64,000 bases of DNA from Patescibacteria group bacterium (GTDB lineage: Bacteria; Patescibacteriota; Microgenomatia; UBA10105; UBA927). The translations under genes were made by a program, and so were the position numbers. Positions 19,748 to 29,779 of this stretch are shown piece by piece; the first letter of the stretch is position 1, and each line of letters opens with the position of its first letter. A model generated the notes under the pieces. It had not been told where the DNA came from. It saw only the letters and a list, made by a program, of their open reading frames with translations, and searched no databases. The DNA is taken from the NCBI GenBank assembly GCA_038062895.1, contig JBBTWJ010000003.1, positions 27,474 through 91,473 of the forward strand. Reading direction: 5' to 3'.

Positions 19748-21322
19748 TCACCGCTTGGGATTAAATATACCATACTGCTCCGCCTGCAACCATTGATCAT
19801 CGGTAACGGAATTAAATTTCGATTTAAGCATAAATAAGCAAGATGGTCCGTCATTTTTTTCTAAACGGATATACTCCTTCAACAGATCAAAAGGAACAAC
19901 GGCAGGATCTAGGTCTCCTTTTGTACAATCGCCATAGTAAAACGTCGGTGTTGCATCGCGGAACATAATTTCTCTGGCTTCCCGGTACTGCGCCACGCCG
20001 GGCATGAGAGACGTATACCAGACGTACTGATATGGCGAAAACCTTTTTGCTTCCCAATAAATGAGGTCATCTAAACCATCAAGAAATACTGTATCGGCAG
20101 GAGTGGAGAGTACCCGCACCGCGCCTCCAAATGAATAATATAATGAATAATTTGTCGCAAACTCCGTTTGCCGATCAATTTTATCATGGAGATACGAGTC
20201 AGGCGACACGATGACCCATACCAAAAGAAAAGCCGCAACACCGGACAACGCCAATGCAATAAACTTGTGAGACCGATCCGACCAAACATCCTGAAGTAAC
20301 AAAAAAACGGTAAATATGAAAAGGCCGTACCATTGAATGTGGTGAAATCCACCGTAATAGATATCTCCAGGAAAATTCCATCGGATATTGGCAAGACCCA
20401 AAATCATCACAAGGACTCCCAACGCCACCACATTCTGTCGTATCCGCGTTCGCAATGCGACGAGAAGAAGAAACATGCTGCTTAATACCACTTCAATCCA
20501 ACGGAACATATTCCATTTTCCTTCAAAAAAAATGGAGATGGGGTAAAAAAATAATCGGGTGAGTCCCCAACTAAAGAGACCATTCGTCTGTACTTCCTGC
20601 GCTGCAATCGTCGTTTTATTTAACGTAACAACGTTAAAGTAATACGCGTTGAGATCTTGGCTGCCTAGGGTAATCAGAAATAATAGACCAAATATCGCAA
20701 GCGAACTAACTACCCATACTCTCATAGTGCGTAAGGAGTAGAGAATAATTCCATAAAGGAGGAGAGCCAGCGGGACGTAGGGCTCACGTAAAAATACGAT
20801 ACTCCAAGCGCATACAGCAGCAAGCAGGACCTCTGTGGGGTGTATGCCTCGCTTCTTCCATACATACCAGATAAGTCCGAATAGATAGATCGTCGGGTAG
20901 ACAATCAGCGCTTCCGGCAAAAACCGTTCGCCGAAAACAAATCCTTTCGTTGACTCAAATAAGAATGCGAAAGCAAGTCCCACTATCCCAAACCGCAGCA
21001 CAAGGAGAGCATCAGCGATCATGGAAAAATACACAATAAACATCCTATGCGCGGAGATCAATGCGTATGTATTTTCGGGTTGAGTGATGCGTTGAATCAA
21101 CGCACTCAAATATATAATCAGGGGCTGATGATTGAAAAAAACTTCTGTATAAAGATGCTTCCCCGCGTTGACAAAATACGCAGCCATATATACGGAACAG
21201 TCGTCAAAACAGCCAAACGATCCAATCCTGTCTCGGTAAACAGATCTTAAAAAAAACCAAAGAAGTAAAAGTGGTATGAGGAGCACGCACCTCATGAATA
21301 ATTGCTTTAATTTTTTATGCAT
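19748..21322 (-). CDS. Polytopic membrane protein, putative GT-C glycosyltransferase
   Basis: GCFDD...GKHLYTEVFFNHQP first loop (like D(E)...LY.D..D.KPP), multi-TM; start moved to MHKK. Confidence 0.6.
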   Translation of the reverse strand: MHKKLKQLFMRCVLLIPLLLLWFFLRSVYRDRIGSFGCFDDCSVYMAAYFVNAGKHLYTEVFFNHQPLIIYLSALIQRITQPENTYALISAHRMFIVYFSMIADALLVLRFGIVGLAFAFLFESTKGFVFGERFLPEALIVYPTIYLFGLIWYVWKKRGIHPTEVLLAAVCAWSIVFLREPYVPLALLLYGIILYSLRTMRVWVVSSLAIFGLLFLITLGSQDLNAYYFNVVTLNKTTIAAQEVQTNGLFSWGLTRLFFYPISIFFEGKWNMFRWIEVVLSSMFLLLVALRTRIRQNVVALGVLVMILGLANIRWNFPGDIYYGGFHHIQWYGLFIFTVFLLLQDVWSDRSHKFIALALSGVAAFLLVWVIVSPDSYLHDKIDRQTEFATNYSLYYSFGGAVRVLSTPADTVFLDGLDDLIYWEAKRFSPYQYVWYTSLMPGVAQYREAREIMFRDATPTFYYGDCTKGDLDPAVVPFDLLKEYIRLEKNDGPSCLFMLKSKFNSVTDDQWLQAEQYGIFNPKR

Positions 21323-23756
21323 ATTTCTTGATGTACCACCAGGAAACAAAAAACACAATAACGCCAAGAGCAGTTCCCATCAATCCGAACCGAAAAGAAA
21401 TGGGCTCATAGGTCAGTATAACAGTATGTGACCCTGCTTCAACTGGCACTCCACGAAGCGCATAGTCCACGAGATAGACCTTCGCCAGTTTTCCGTCTAC
21501 GCGGGCGATCCACCCGGGAAAATAGGTATCGGAAAGCACCGCCATGCCCGGCGCTGGACTGGTTACGTCAAGCTCGATAAAAGTTGGTTCATACCGGCGG
21601 ATAGTAACTTTTTCTTCTGTTTTCCCAATAGTTGAACCAGTCGCTTCAGGCGCGTTTTCAACGATTGCCGTCGTTTGAAGATCAACGTGACTGTTCAAGA
21701 TTGCATCCACAATCAGCTGGGGATCTTTCTCAAATCGAATGTCCGCGGCAAACCATGCCCGAGGTAACGCCTTTTTGTATTCCCAGATACGCCACACGTC
21801 ATTTTCCCATGCGGGGACAAATAATTCCGAAGGGAACCGTACATCTGAAGATAGTGCCTGCTTTTGTTCTATACTCTTTAACTCTACGATATAGCGCACT
21901 CCTAAAAGCGACATAAGGCGTAAGCGCGATGTTGATTGATCCATGGGATCACGCTCGGTCATACCTTTAAGAATCGCATCCGTTCTATCAATTTGATTCG
22001 TCACCACTCCTCCGCTTTTGATTGTATGCAAAAGCTCTCCGTACTTCTGGGAAAACAGGGCGTCATACCCTTCGGGAGAAGATAGGCCATAGTAGGAAAG
22101 AATATTTGGGGTGAAAGACGCATCGCCATAGCCCCAAACACGGGAATAATCCCCAGATGTTAATTCCTTGAGTTTTACTATTACTGTCGTTTCGGGAAAC
22201 TCGAAACGCCGATCTGAAAAATATAGAAATTTATCTGCTGCATAAAGACTCCACGCGAGCGTTGCAACGAGAACAACAACATAGCAAAGTGACAAGCTAA
22301 AACGACCCATAAATACGACCCACGCAATTCCAAGGAATAAGGTCGGAAGAAAAAGGTTACGGAATGATATGGTCGCATATCTGTTAAAAAGTTCGAGATC
22401 AACGACCGAAAGAGTTGTATCGTGTGTTACTCTCCAGCGTGCAATCAACACAAACGCCCAAAGGGTGGTTAAAGCTATAAAAAATAGTAACAGTACGAAG
22501 CCTGCTCGTTTTTTTGATATTTTCCCTGCAATCCACTCTTCCATACCATACGCAGCTAACACACTTGCTCCAAATGCAAACAACACAAAAATACGAGCCG
22601 GAAGGGCCGCGGAAAGCACCGGAATGCGCAACATGTACCATACCCAGCTCGTGGGCAAAGCAAACCCAAGAGACAAAACTATAATCGTGAATATGATCCA
22701 AAACCGGATACGCGGGTTTTTCCAAGAACAAACCGCGAAGAGGGCGAATATGAAGGGAAATAACCCAATCCAAATTGCTTTCTCATGATAAAAAAGTTTC
22801 GGAAAAAAATAATTGTATGAACCGGGATTACCCCAAAAATCCGGCACAAGAAGCGTAATCAGATGCCGAAGCGGCACGAGGTAATCGTCGAATAAAAACG
22901 TCGCTACCACCGTTCCTCTCGGCGAAAAAAGGTATGCCTCCCATGCTGGTAGCCACTGTATTGCGGTTATGAGAACAGTAGTCAAAAATGCAAGCAAGAC
23001 CCATGGGAACACGTTGCGTGAACTTTTTTCTTGTTTCGTATCCCACCAACAATAGATATTCCAAAGCAACGCTACCCCAAAAAGATAGATGCTCATTTGT
23101 AAAAACCCCGCCAATATTGACATGCTAAGCGCCAACACCAACAATACCCATCCCCATACTTTCTGTTGTTTCCAAAGCAATGTGCTACCGTAAAGTGCCA
23201 ATGGGAGCCAAAGAATAGAATGAACAATAACGATAGACTCCTCCCACCACGCGATCATCCAGCCTGAAAATGCAAATGCGATGGCCCCAAAAAGACTAGC
23301 GCGCAGCGACAGTCTTTGAGACCTGATGAATAGAAACATGAACCATCCAACGAGTACCGGCTGGAGAAGTATAAGAATACTCCACGCATCCGCCTGCGGG
23401 AGAACGAAATAGAAAAAATTTAACGGATACCAAACTGCCGCTTGATATGTGGCCGCGTGGACATTTCCGGAAAATACATACGGATTCCACAGTGGAACTC
23501 TTCCTTGGTTCATCTCTCCAATTGTGAACTTCCGATACGGATAGAATAATTTAGGATTATCCGTTCCTATTGGCTTATTCGGCACTCCACGCTCATATCC
23601 CGACCACATTTCATGATTCCACGGGCTATATAATGCAGGAAGAAGATTAAACTGGATAGGTACGTAACCCAGGAATATATATAAACGGAATACAACGGCA
23701 GTAAGAAACACGAAAAAACCGATTACGAAACCATTGAAAGCAAGTGAACGCCGCAT
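21315..23756 (-). CDS. YfhO family membrane glycosyltransferase (GT-C)
   Basis: PLWNPYVFSG, PEGYDA, LPRAW and SDTYFPGW motifs; 813 aa. Confidence 0.85.
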   Translation of the reverse strand: MRRSLAFNGFVIGFFVFLTAVVFRLYIFLGYVPIQFNLLPALYSPWNHEMWSGYERGVPNKPIGTDNPKLFYPYRKFTIGEMNQGRVPLWNPYVFSGNVHAATYQAAVWYPLNFFYFVLPQADAWSILILLQPVLVGWFMFLFIRSQRLSLRASLFGAIAFAFSGWMIAWWEESIVIVHSILWLPLALYGSTLLWKQQKVWGWVLLVLALSMSILAGFLQMSIYLFGVALLWNIYCWWDTKQEKSSRNVFPWVLLAFLTTVLITAIQWLPAWEAYLFSPRGTVVATFLFDDYLVPLRHLITLLVPDFWGNPGSYNYFFPKLFYHEKAIWIGLFPFIFALFAVCSWKNPRIRFWIIFTIIVLSLGFALPTSWVWYMLRIPVLSAALPARIFVLFAFGASVLAAYGMEEWIAGKISKKRAGFVLLLFFIALTTLWAFVLIARWRVTHDTTLSVVDLELFNRYATISFRNLFLPTLFLGIAWVVFMGRFSLSLCYVVVLVATLAWSLYAADKFLYFSDRRFEFPETTVIVKLKELTSGDYSRVWGYGDASFTPNILSYYGLSSPEGYDALFSQKYGELLHTIKSGGVVTNQIDRTDAILKGMTERDPMDQSTSRLRLMSLLGVRYIVELKSIEQKQALSSDVRFPSELFVPAWENDVWRIWEYKKALPRAWFAADIRFEKDPQLIVDAILNSHVDLQTTAIVENAPEATGSTIGKTEEKVTIRRYEPTFIELDVTSPAPGMAVLSDTYFPGWIARVDGKLAKVYLVDYALRGVPVEAGSHTVILTYEPISFRFGLMGTALGVIVFFVSWWYIKKYA

Positions 23757-23757
23757 A

Positions 23758-24642
23758 TCATGTGCGTAACTTTTTCTTTGCTATTACTACCATGTTATCA
23801 AAAGTAGGCAGATAGATGGGAAATTTTCCGATATTGAGAAGCTCAACCAAACGATATAGAAATTCTGCAAATACACTTTCTCCCCCCGTGCGGGCAAGAT
23901 GCAATACATACCGCAAACTCAACCATTTCCCAATTCTGGACCACATAACGGGTTCAAATCCCTTATCACGAAGAAGTCTCGTCATAGTATCCTTATTGAA
24001 ATAATAGAGGTGTTGCGGCGGATTATAAAAGGTCCAACGCCTACCAAGAATGCGCGCAAATAGACTGCTTGTATCACCGGTTGCTATGATCATGATTCCA
24101 TCGTCCTTCAACATCTTATTGAGTTTCACCAGATCGGCTCCCGGATCCGCAAGGTGCTCGAAGACGTCAAACATAGTAACCACATCATACGTCTCCGGCT
24201 TATCCCGGAGATCAGATATCTTTGCCTTCCGGATCAGGGTCTTACCAACAAGCTTTTTGGCTTTCATCACTGCATAATCAGACGGATCTACGCCATACGC
24301 CTGATATCCGTATTGTCTGGCAAGTTGGGTCGAAAACCCTAACGCGCACCCAATGTCCAGTAGTATTCCTGTCGGTTTATATCCCTGTATAAACGTAAGG
24401 AACTTGCGCATATTTCCGACAATATACGGTTTGTCATCTTCGTAATTGGCATACGCGATCCGCGAACGATCACCGGTAAAATATCCTTTTTGGTAATAAT
24501 GTTTTACAAATGAAGCGTAATTATCCTGTAGATCCGTGCGTATGAGACCGCAAGTTGGACATTTTTCCAACGTAAATCCATTTTTGACAAGAAAGGGCTG
24601 AAAATTACTACTGCAAATCGTGCACTTGATAAAGTGTGCCAT
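23758..24642 (-). CDS. Class I SAM-dependent methyltransferase with N-terminal Zn-ribbon
   Basis: CTIC...CPTC, LLDIGCALG, DVVTMFDVFEH and PPQHLYYF motifs; start moved to MAHF. Confidence 0.85.
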   Translation of the reverse strand: MAHFIKCTICSSNFQPFLVKNGFTLEKCPTCGLIRTDLQDNYASFVKHYYQKGYFTGDRSRIAYANYEDDKPYIVGNMRKFLTFIQGYKPTGILLDIGCALGFSTQLARQYGYQAYGVDPSDYAVMKAKKLVGKTLIRKAKISDLRDKPETYDVVTMFDVFEHLADPGADLVKLNKMLKDDGIMIIATGDTSSLFARILGRRWTFYNPPQHLYYFNKDTMTRLLRDKGFEPVMWSRIGKWLSLRYVLHLARTGGESVFAEFLYRLVELLNIGKFPIYLPTFDNMVVIAKKKLRT

Positions 24643-26590
24643 AGGTATTTGTATATAAAAAACGCAGCCACGGCTCACTCACAAACCACGGTTGCGCTCC
24701 CTTCGGGGCTACAATGAAGTCCATACTATACTTCTCTTGTAGTGTTTGCAACGCTTTACGCGACTCTGCACGTTTCTCTTCTTCCGATAATCGACTATTG
24801 AAACCCAAAAGAAATGCGTTCAATAATGCAATTCTCGGATTGACCCACTCATCATAAGGGAACTGCACCACTTCGTTACCTAAAAATGTCCGTTTTCCGC
24901 TCAACGCCGGCATAGTCGGCCCAGTACGATAAACCCAACCACGTATATGCTCTTCCGAATAGCCATCTACGACAGGCATCACGAGTACCGTATCCCCGGG
25001 ATTCCCTACCCGCCTAAGTACCCGGTAAAAAGCTATTTCATCATGGGATAGTGCAGTCGACCTCTCGGTAAAACTCACAAACTTTTCCGTTGCCGAAGGA
25101 ATAGTAGCCACAATCATAATGATAGAAAGAATTACCCTCCATAATGGGGTGGCTTTATCAAGCAATAACGACCATCCCCACCCGGCGAGGATCCCCATAA
25201 ATACAAGGAAATACCAAAAAAATTGGATCATATTGAATGCACCGATGGGCTGAAGAAAAAACATAGGGAGAGTAAACGACACCAAGCTTCCAATGATCAA
25301 AAATGAAACGATGACTGAAACTTTCTTCTGCTTCATCCTCAATAAACCAATAAGCCCCACAAATCTTGTACCGAGATTGCCGAATATAAAAATAACCAGC
25401 GCGACAATCTCGAGCTTTACCAGGCCGCGCGTGGCTCTCATTTGCTCTAGGGTCTGGCGCTTGAGTTCCCACTGGGTAAAATCCAATACTCCCTGCATCA
25501 CCCGATGGGGCGGCCATAATGGTTGATAACGCAGAAATCCATATGAAGCGTTTAAAGGCAGAAACGTACCGGCCGCAACAACCCCTGCCACTACCACTAT
25601 GACGATACTTGCCCAATCTCTTCTGGTAACCAACCGGAGCAAAACAAACCATCCGATAATTGGTAAAAGAATCATTCCCGCATACACCTTCATTCCCACT
25701 GCCAGACCCGCAAAAACTCCTATCAGTGCCCCAAATATCCAAGAAGGGCGCTTGTCATACGCATCAAGAAATAACCATGTGTAAATAATAGAAAGAAGAG
25801 ATAGCGCGAAGGACGGGCTTACCAAGAGCGAAAACGGCTGCGTGATGCCAAAGGCGTCATCCAAACTTGCGGATCGACCAAAAAAAACCGGCAACACGAA
25901 TGCAAAACTGCCTCCTGCTAAAGCAAAAAACGTAGCCCAAATGCTGTGGCGCCGGAATCCGGTGAGCTTTAGAGCTAACGCGTATATCCCATACACTAAT
26001 AGGAAGGACATGACGACCGGAAAAAAATGAAAATGAAGACTGATGGTCGGCAATCCGGACAGTCGGGCAAAATCAGCAACCAGAAGATTGTACAGCAAGT
26101 GATACCCTTTCAGGAGCACGCCTGCGATTGCCGGGTGCTCGGGCGGAAAAGAATGAACAAGCTCCTCAATAAGCGCAAGATTCCAAATCCCATCTACACT
26201 GTTTACACCACGTAATTCCAACCCACCGTTAGTGAACCAACCGCTACTAACAACGGAAAATGAAAAAAGTAAAACCAAGGGAATCAAAAACCAGTGAGGT
26301 CCGGCCCAATCCTTGCAAATAAATTTCCAATTTTTACAAAAATATATACCGCCGATTGATGCAATTATTATAATAATGGGTAGTACGACCCATCGAACAT
26401 GAAGCAGTGATGCTGCATAGGAAATACATATAAATACCGAAATACCAATCCATAAAGCTGTTACCACTCTCATCCAGCCCGTAAACGATCGCTTGGTGAT
26501 GGCCACAATGGCTTCTCCCGGCAGATACAAAAAAATGAATCCTACAAAAATATACGAGATCAATAAACGTAAAAAAGAAGCTATTTCCAT
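24608..26590 (-). CDS. Polytopic membrane protein, putative GT-C glycosyltransferase
   Basis: DGIWNLALI...FPPEHP.IAG...GYH loop, multi-TM; start moved to MEIA. Confidence 0.6.
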   Translation of the reverse strand: MEIASFLRLLISYIFVGFIFLYLPGEAIVAITKRSFTGWMRVVTALWIGISVFICISYAASLLHVRWVVLPIIIIIASIGGIYFCKNWKFICKDWAGPHWFLIPLVLLFSFSVVSSGWFTNGGLELRGVNSVDGIWNLALIEELVHSFPPEHPAIAGVLLKGYHLLYNLLVADFARLSGLPTISLHFHFFPVVMSFLLVYGIYALALKLTGFRRHSIWATFFALAGGSFAFVLPVFFGRSASLDDAFGITQPFSLLVSPSFALSLLSIIYTWLFLDAYDKRPSWIFGALIGVFAGLAVGMKVYAGMILLPIIGWFVLLRLVTRRDWASIVIVVVAGVVAAGTFLPLNASYGFLRYQPLWPPHRVMQGVLDFTQWELKRQTLEQMRATRGLVKLEIVALVIFIFGNLGTRFVGLIGLLRMKQKKVSVIVSFLIIGSLVSFTLPMFFLQPIGAFNMIQFFWYFLVFMGILAGWGWSLLLDKATPLWRVILSIIMIVATIPSATEKFVSFTERSTALSHDEIAFYRVLRRVGNPGDTVLVMPVVDGYSEEHIRGWVYRTGPTMPALSGKRTFLGNEVVQFPYDEWVNPRIALLNAFLLGFNSRLSEEEKRAESRKALQTLQEKYSMDFIVAPKGAQPWFVSEPWLRFLYTNTYGTLYQVHDLQ

Positions 26591-26594
26591 GGAT

Positions 26595-27497
26595 TTATCG
26601 CAAACGGAGATCACCGTCTTTAAGCTTCCAATAGTGATACGACTGAATACGTGATGAGATAGCCTTCGGCGTACAAAGCAATGCCCATGTGTATCCGATG
26701 AGCATAGCCAAGTCGCCGCGGATAATCGCTTGAGTAAGCCTTATGGGTGTCCAGATTGCATGTGCCAATAAAATATTTAAGTCTGATAGGTTCTTCCAAA
26801 TAAAAAGAAATTGATTTCGATAAACAACTATCTTCACCTGAAACTCGGAGTATTCCCGTTTAATGACTCCTGTCTCATGCTCATGGGCAACCACTGATTT
26901 AGGCTCAAACTCTAATCCATATCCTGCCTTTAACGCCCGGTAGCTTAAATCAATATCTTCCCAATAAAACGGATCATATATCGTATCCATACCGCCGAGT
27001 TTCTCCCAGATTGCCTTCCGAAAGGCTCCACTTCCGCCCGCGACCCAAGCAGTTGACGGCCTATCCACTTCGCCGCGCCAATGCACAAAAAATCCGCGTT
27101 TCCAAGCAGCTTCTCCTCTTCCCCGCAGTACCGTAGCGTTTCCTTCAGCACTTTTCTCCAAACAACCCACGGCGAATACTGCAGGATCATCAAAACGCTT
27201 TACTAATGGATCAAGAAATGCTTTTTCGGGTCGTACGTCGCTATTGAGAAGCACCACGACATCGCCTTGTGAGGCCTTCACACCCGCGTTCACCGTGCTG
27301 GCATACCCATCATGATGCGATTTAGGCACGACACGGACAGAGGAAAACGTATTACTAAGAAGATTCAACGAATCATCCGTCGAAGCGTCGTCAACCACAA
27401 TTATTTCCGCACCTTTTGCTGCAACAATTACAGACGGCAGATTTTTCCTAAGCAATGCTGCCCCGTTTCTATTGGGAATAATAATGCTAATCTTCAT
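26595..27497 (-). CDS. GT2 glycosyltransferase
   Basis: SIIIPNRNG, VVDDASTD, LLNSD and FYWEDIDLSYRA motifs. Confidence 0.9.
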   Translation of the reverse strand: MKISIIIPNRNGAALLRKNLPSVIVAAKGAEIIVVDDASTDDSLNLLSNTFSSVRVVPKSHHDGYASTVNAGVKASQGDVVVLLNSDVRPEKAFLDPLVKRFDDPAVFAVGCLEKSAEGNATVLRGRGEAAWKRGFFVHWRGEVDRPSTAWVAGGSGAFRKAIWEKLGGMDTIYDPFYWEDIDLSYRALKAGYGLEFEPKSVVAHEHETGVIKREYSEFQVKIVVYRNQFLFIWKNLSDLNILLAHAIWTPIRLTQAIIRGDLAMLIGYTWALLCTPKAISSRIQSYHYWKLKDGDLRLR

Positions 27498-29779
27498 AAT
27501 GAATACGAAAACACTATGGTATGTGTGCCCGATGGCACTACGATGCCCTGAAAGGCATAATTTGTCCGATATATCTCGGTCGTTTTTCCGTCAATGGTCG
27601 CACGCCAACCAGGGTGATACACATTAGTCACGACCACGAGTCGTGGAACTGAAAGCGTTGTGTTGATTTCTAACCGATTAGGATCATAGTTTTCCAAAGA
27701 TACGGATTCATCGCTTCTCATGGGAACTGAAAGAATCGATATATTTCCTTCTACAATTGCTTCGCGACGATAATCTTTTATGGCATACAATGCTTGCATC
27801 GTTTCCTCTTTTCCGGAAGCCCCGATGGGGCGCTCTACCACATAAACGCGAGGGAGTACCCGGCTATCTTCATAAACCCGCGTCTCACCCTCAAGAAATA
27901 CTTTTTGAAGATACGGCTGGGTTAGATCAGTAAGCGATGCCACATATCGTACGTTAAGCATGGGTAGTAGTGGAGACTCAAGTGATTCAAGAGTAATAAT
28001 TCTATTAAACCCAAAAGGCGCCGTGATATCCGGTTTCCCCCGCGCAACTGCAGCCATAAGCTCCTCGTATCGGGATGAAATGATCGGATCATACCCCTCA
28101 ATGGATTCTATTCCGAAATAACTTGCCGTGTTGGGCGGTAGTATTCGTTTATCGACACTCATTATTCGAAACGGGCGTGGCTGTTGTTTTAGAAATGATA
28201 GAACCTTCGTTTCAGGAAAAAAGTAATCTCTGGGTGTAAATGGCGTAAACTTCCAACCAAACCGAAGCAAGTCTACCGCAACCAACGCAACGAAACTCCA
28301 TGTTACTATGTTGCCAAACATGGCAACATGACGCATCCGCTGATACATAATAAGGAAAGTCGTGGAGGCAATAAATAAAACGGTTGGTAATACGAGATTG
28401 CGTGTGCTTACTTCAAAAGACCACACGAGAGAAACTCCCCAAAGAATAGCCAGTACGATGCCGATTAATGTCAGACTAACCACCACACGATATTTCTTCG
28501 AATTCTCAAGAAACTCTTGACATCCGTACGCGGTAAGTATGGCAAGAGCGAAATCTACAATAAAGAGAAGTCTCGTTGGTTGGAGTGAGGAGAATATGGG
28601 GACTTTCAGAATAAACGGTAAAACTGAAATAGGTGTTGGAAGAGCAAAAAGTAAAGCTACGGCACCTATCCCAACCCAAAATAGACGCGCTTTATTACGC
28701 ACGGATAGAATAGCAACAAGGGCAAATACCAAAGGGAGAACACCGACGTAGCCTACAAATTCACCATAATTCCACTGTCCCCAATAATTAAGCGTCGTCG
28801 GGTTACCAAAAAAGTCAGGTGCCACAAACTGGACAAGGTGAGCCCATGGAATAAACCACCCTTCCTTATTCCAGTCTGACCCATCAACGATACGGCCACT
28901 CTCCCTGATCCAGTCAAGCAAGGGTATCCATTGAACGGTCGTGATGAGTGCGGCTAAGCCGAATAAAAACATGAACACAAACGCTGACTTTTTTTGTTCT
29001 TTTGCTTGAAGGATCCGCATCGCGCAGTAGGCAATGACCACTAGAGTAAAATAGAGCGAAATCTGCGCGTGACCGGCAAAGAATTGAAACGTCATCGAAA
29101 TGATAAATAGAACCGACCAGGCAATTTTTACCATCGATTCCGGACAATTGCGAGACTTCTTTAATTCCGGGAATCGACCATTCGTAAGTTTGTTAACAGA
29201 AAGAAGCGTAAGCGGGAGCCAGAGTGCCACGTGTCCTATCGTCCCCCACGTAAGCCATGCCATATTAAATCCCGAAAAACTCCACGCAATTGCTCCCAGA
29301 AGCCCCGCAATCGGCCCCAATCTCAATGACCGAAGATACAAGTACATAAAAATTCCTGCAAGGAGCGTTTGGGAGATAATGAGCATAGTCCACGCATCAA
29401 TAAACGGAAATATCAGAAACAGAATATTGAAGGGATACAATGAGGCAGCCTGTATATTGGCGAGAATGGGGAATCCTGAAAAATTATACGGATTCCATAG
29501 AGGAATTTTACCTTGCTTCCATTGGTCCGTAACAATTTTTCTCCAGGGAATCTGTTGACGTACGGGGTCAGTGACAAGAAAATTTTTAAATGGGATACCC
29601 CGGGGATATTGTCTATTATAAAAATCTCTCCAAGGATGATAAAGCCCCACGAGCGCATCAGAGGGTACTGGTAGTTTCCCCCGGAAAATTGTCGGAGAAA
29701 AAAACGCAGCCACAACGACTAAAAAAGTCACGACCGCCCAAATATCATGAGAGAAAACACGCAACGATTTATGAATCAT
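27494..29779 (-). CDS. YfhO family membrane glycosyltransferase (GT-C)
   Basis: PLWNPYNFSG, PDFFGNP, IEGYDP, LPRVY and YHPGW motifs. Confidence 0.85.
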   Translation of the reverse strand: MIHKSLRVFSHDIWAVVTFLVVVAAFFSPTIFRGKLPVPSDALVGLYHPWRDFYNRQYPRGIPFKNFLVTDPVRQQIPWRKIVTDQWKQGKIPLWNPYNFSGFPILANIQAASLYPFNILFLIFPFIDAWTMLIISQTLLAGIFMYLYLRSLRLGPIAGLLGAIAWSFSGFNMAWLTWGTIGHVALWLPLTLLSVNKLTNGRFPELKKSRNCPESMVKIAWSVLFIISMTFQFFAGHAQISLYFTLVVIAYCAMRILQAKEQKKSAFVFMFLFGLAALITTVQWIPLLDWIRESGRIVDGSDWNKEGWFIPWAHLVQFVAPDFFGNPTTLNYWGQWNYGEFVGYVGVLPLVFALVAILSVRNKARLFWVGIGAVALLFALPTPISVLPFILKVPIFSSLQPTRLLFIVDFALAILTAYGCQEFLENSKKYRVVVSLTLIGIVLAILWGVSLVWSFEVSTRNLVLPTVLFIASTTFLIMYQRMRHVAMFGNIVTWSFVALVAVDLLRFGWKFTPFTPRDYFFPETKVLSFLKQQPRPFRIMSVDKRILPPNTASYFGIESIEGYDPIISSRYEELMAAVARGKPDITAPFGFNRIITLESLESPLLPMLNVRYVASLTDLTQPYLQKVFLEGETRVYEDSRVLPRVYVVERPIGASGKEETMQALYAIKDYRREAIVEGNISILSVPMRSDESVSLENYDPNRLEINTTLSVPRLVVVTNVYHPGWRATIDGKTTEIYRTNYAFQGIVVPSGTHTIVFSYSL

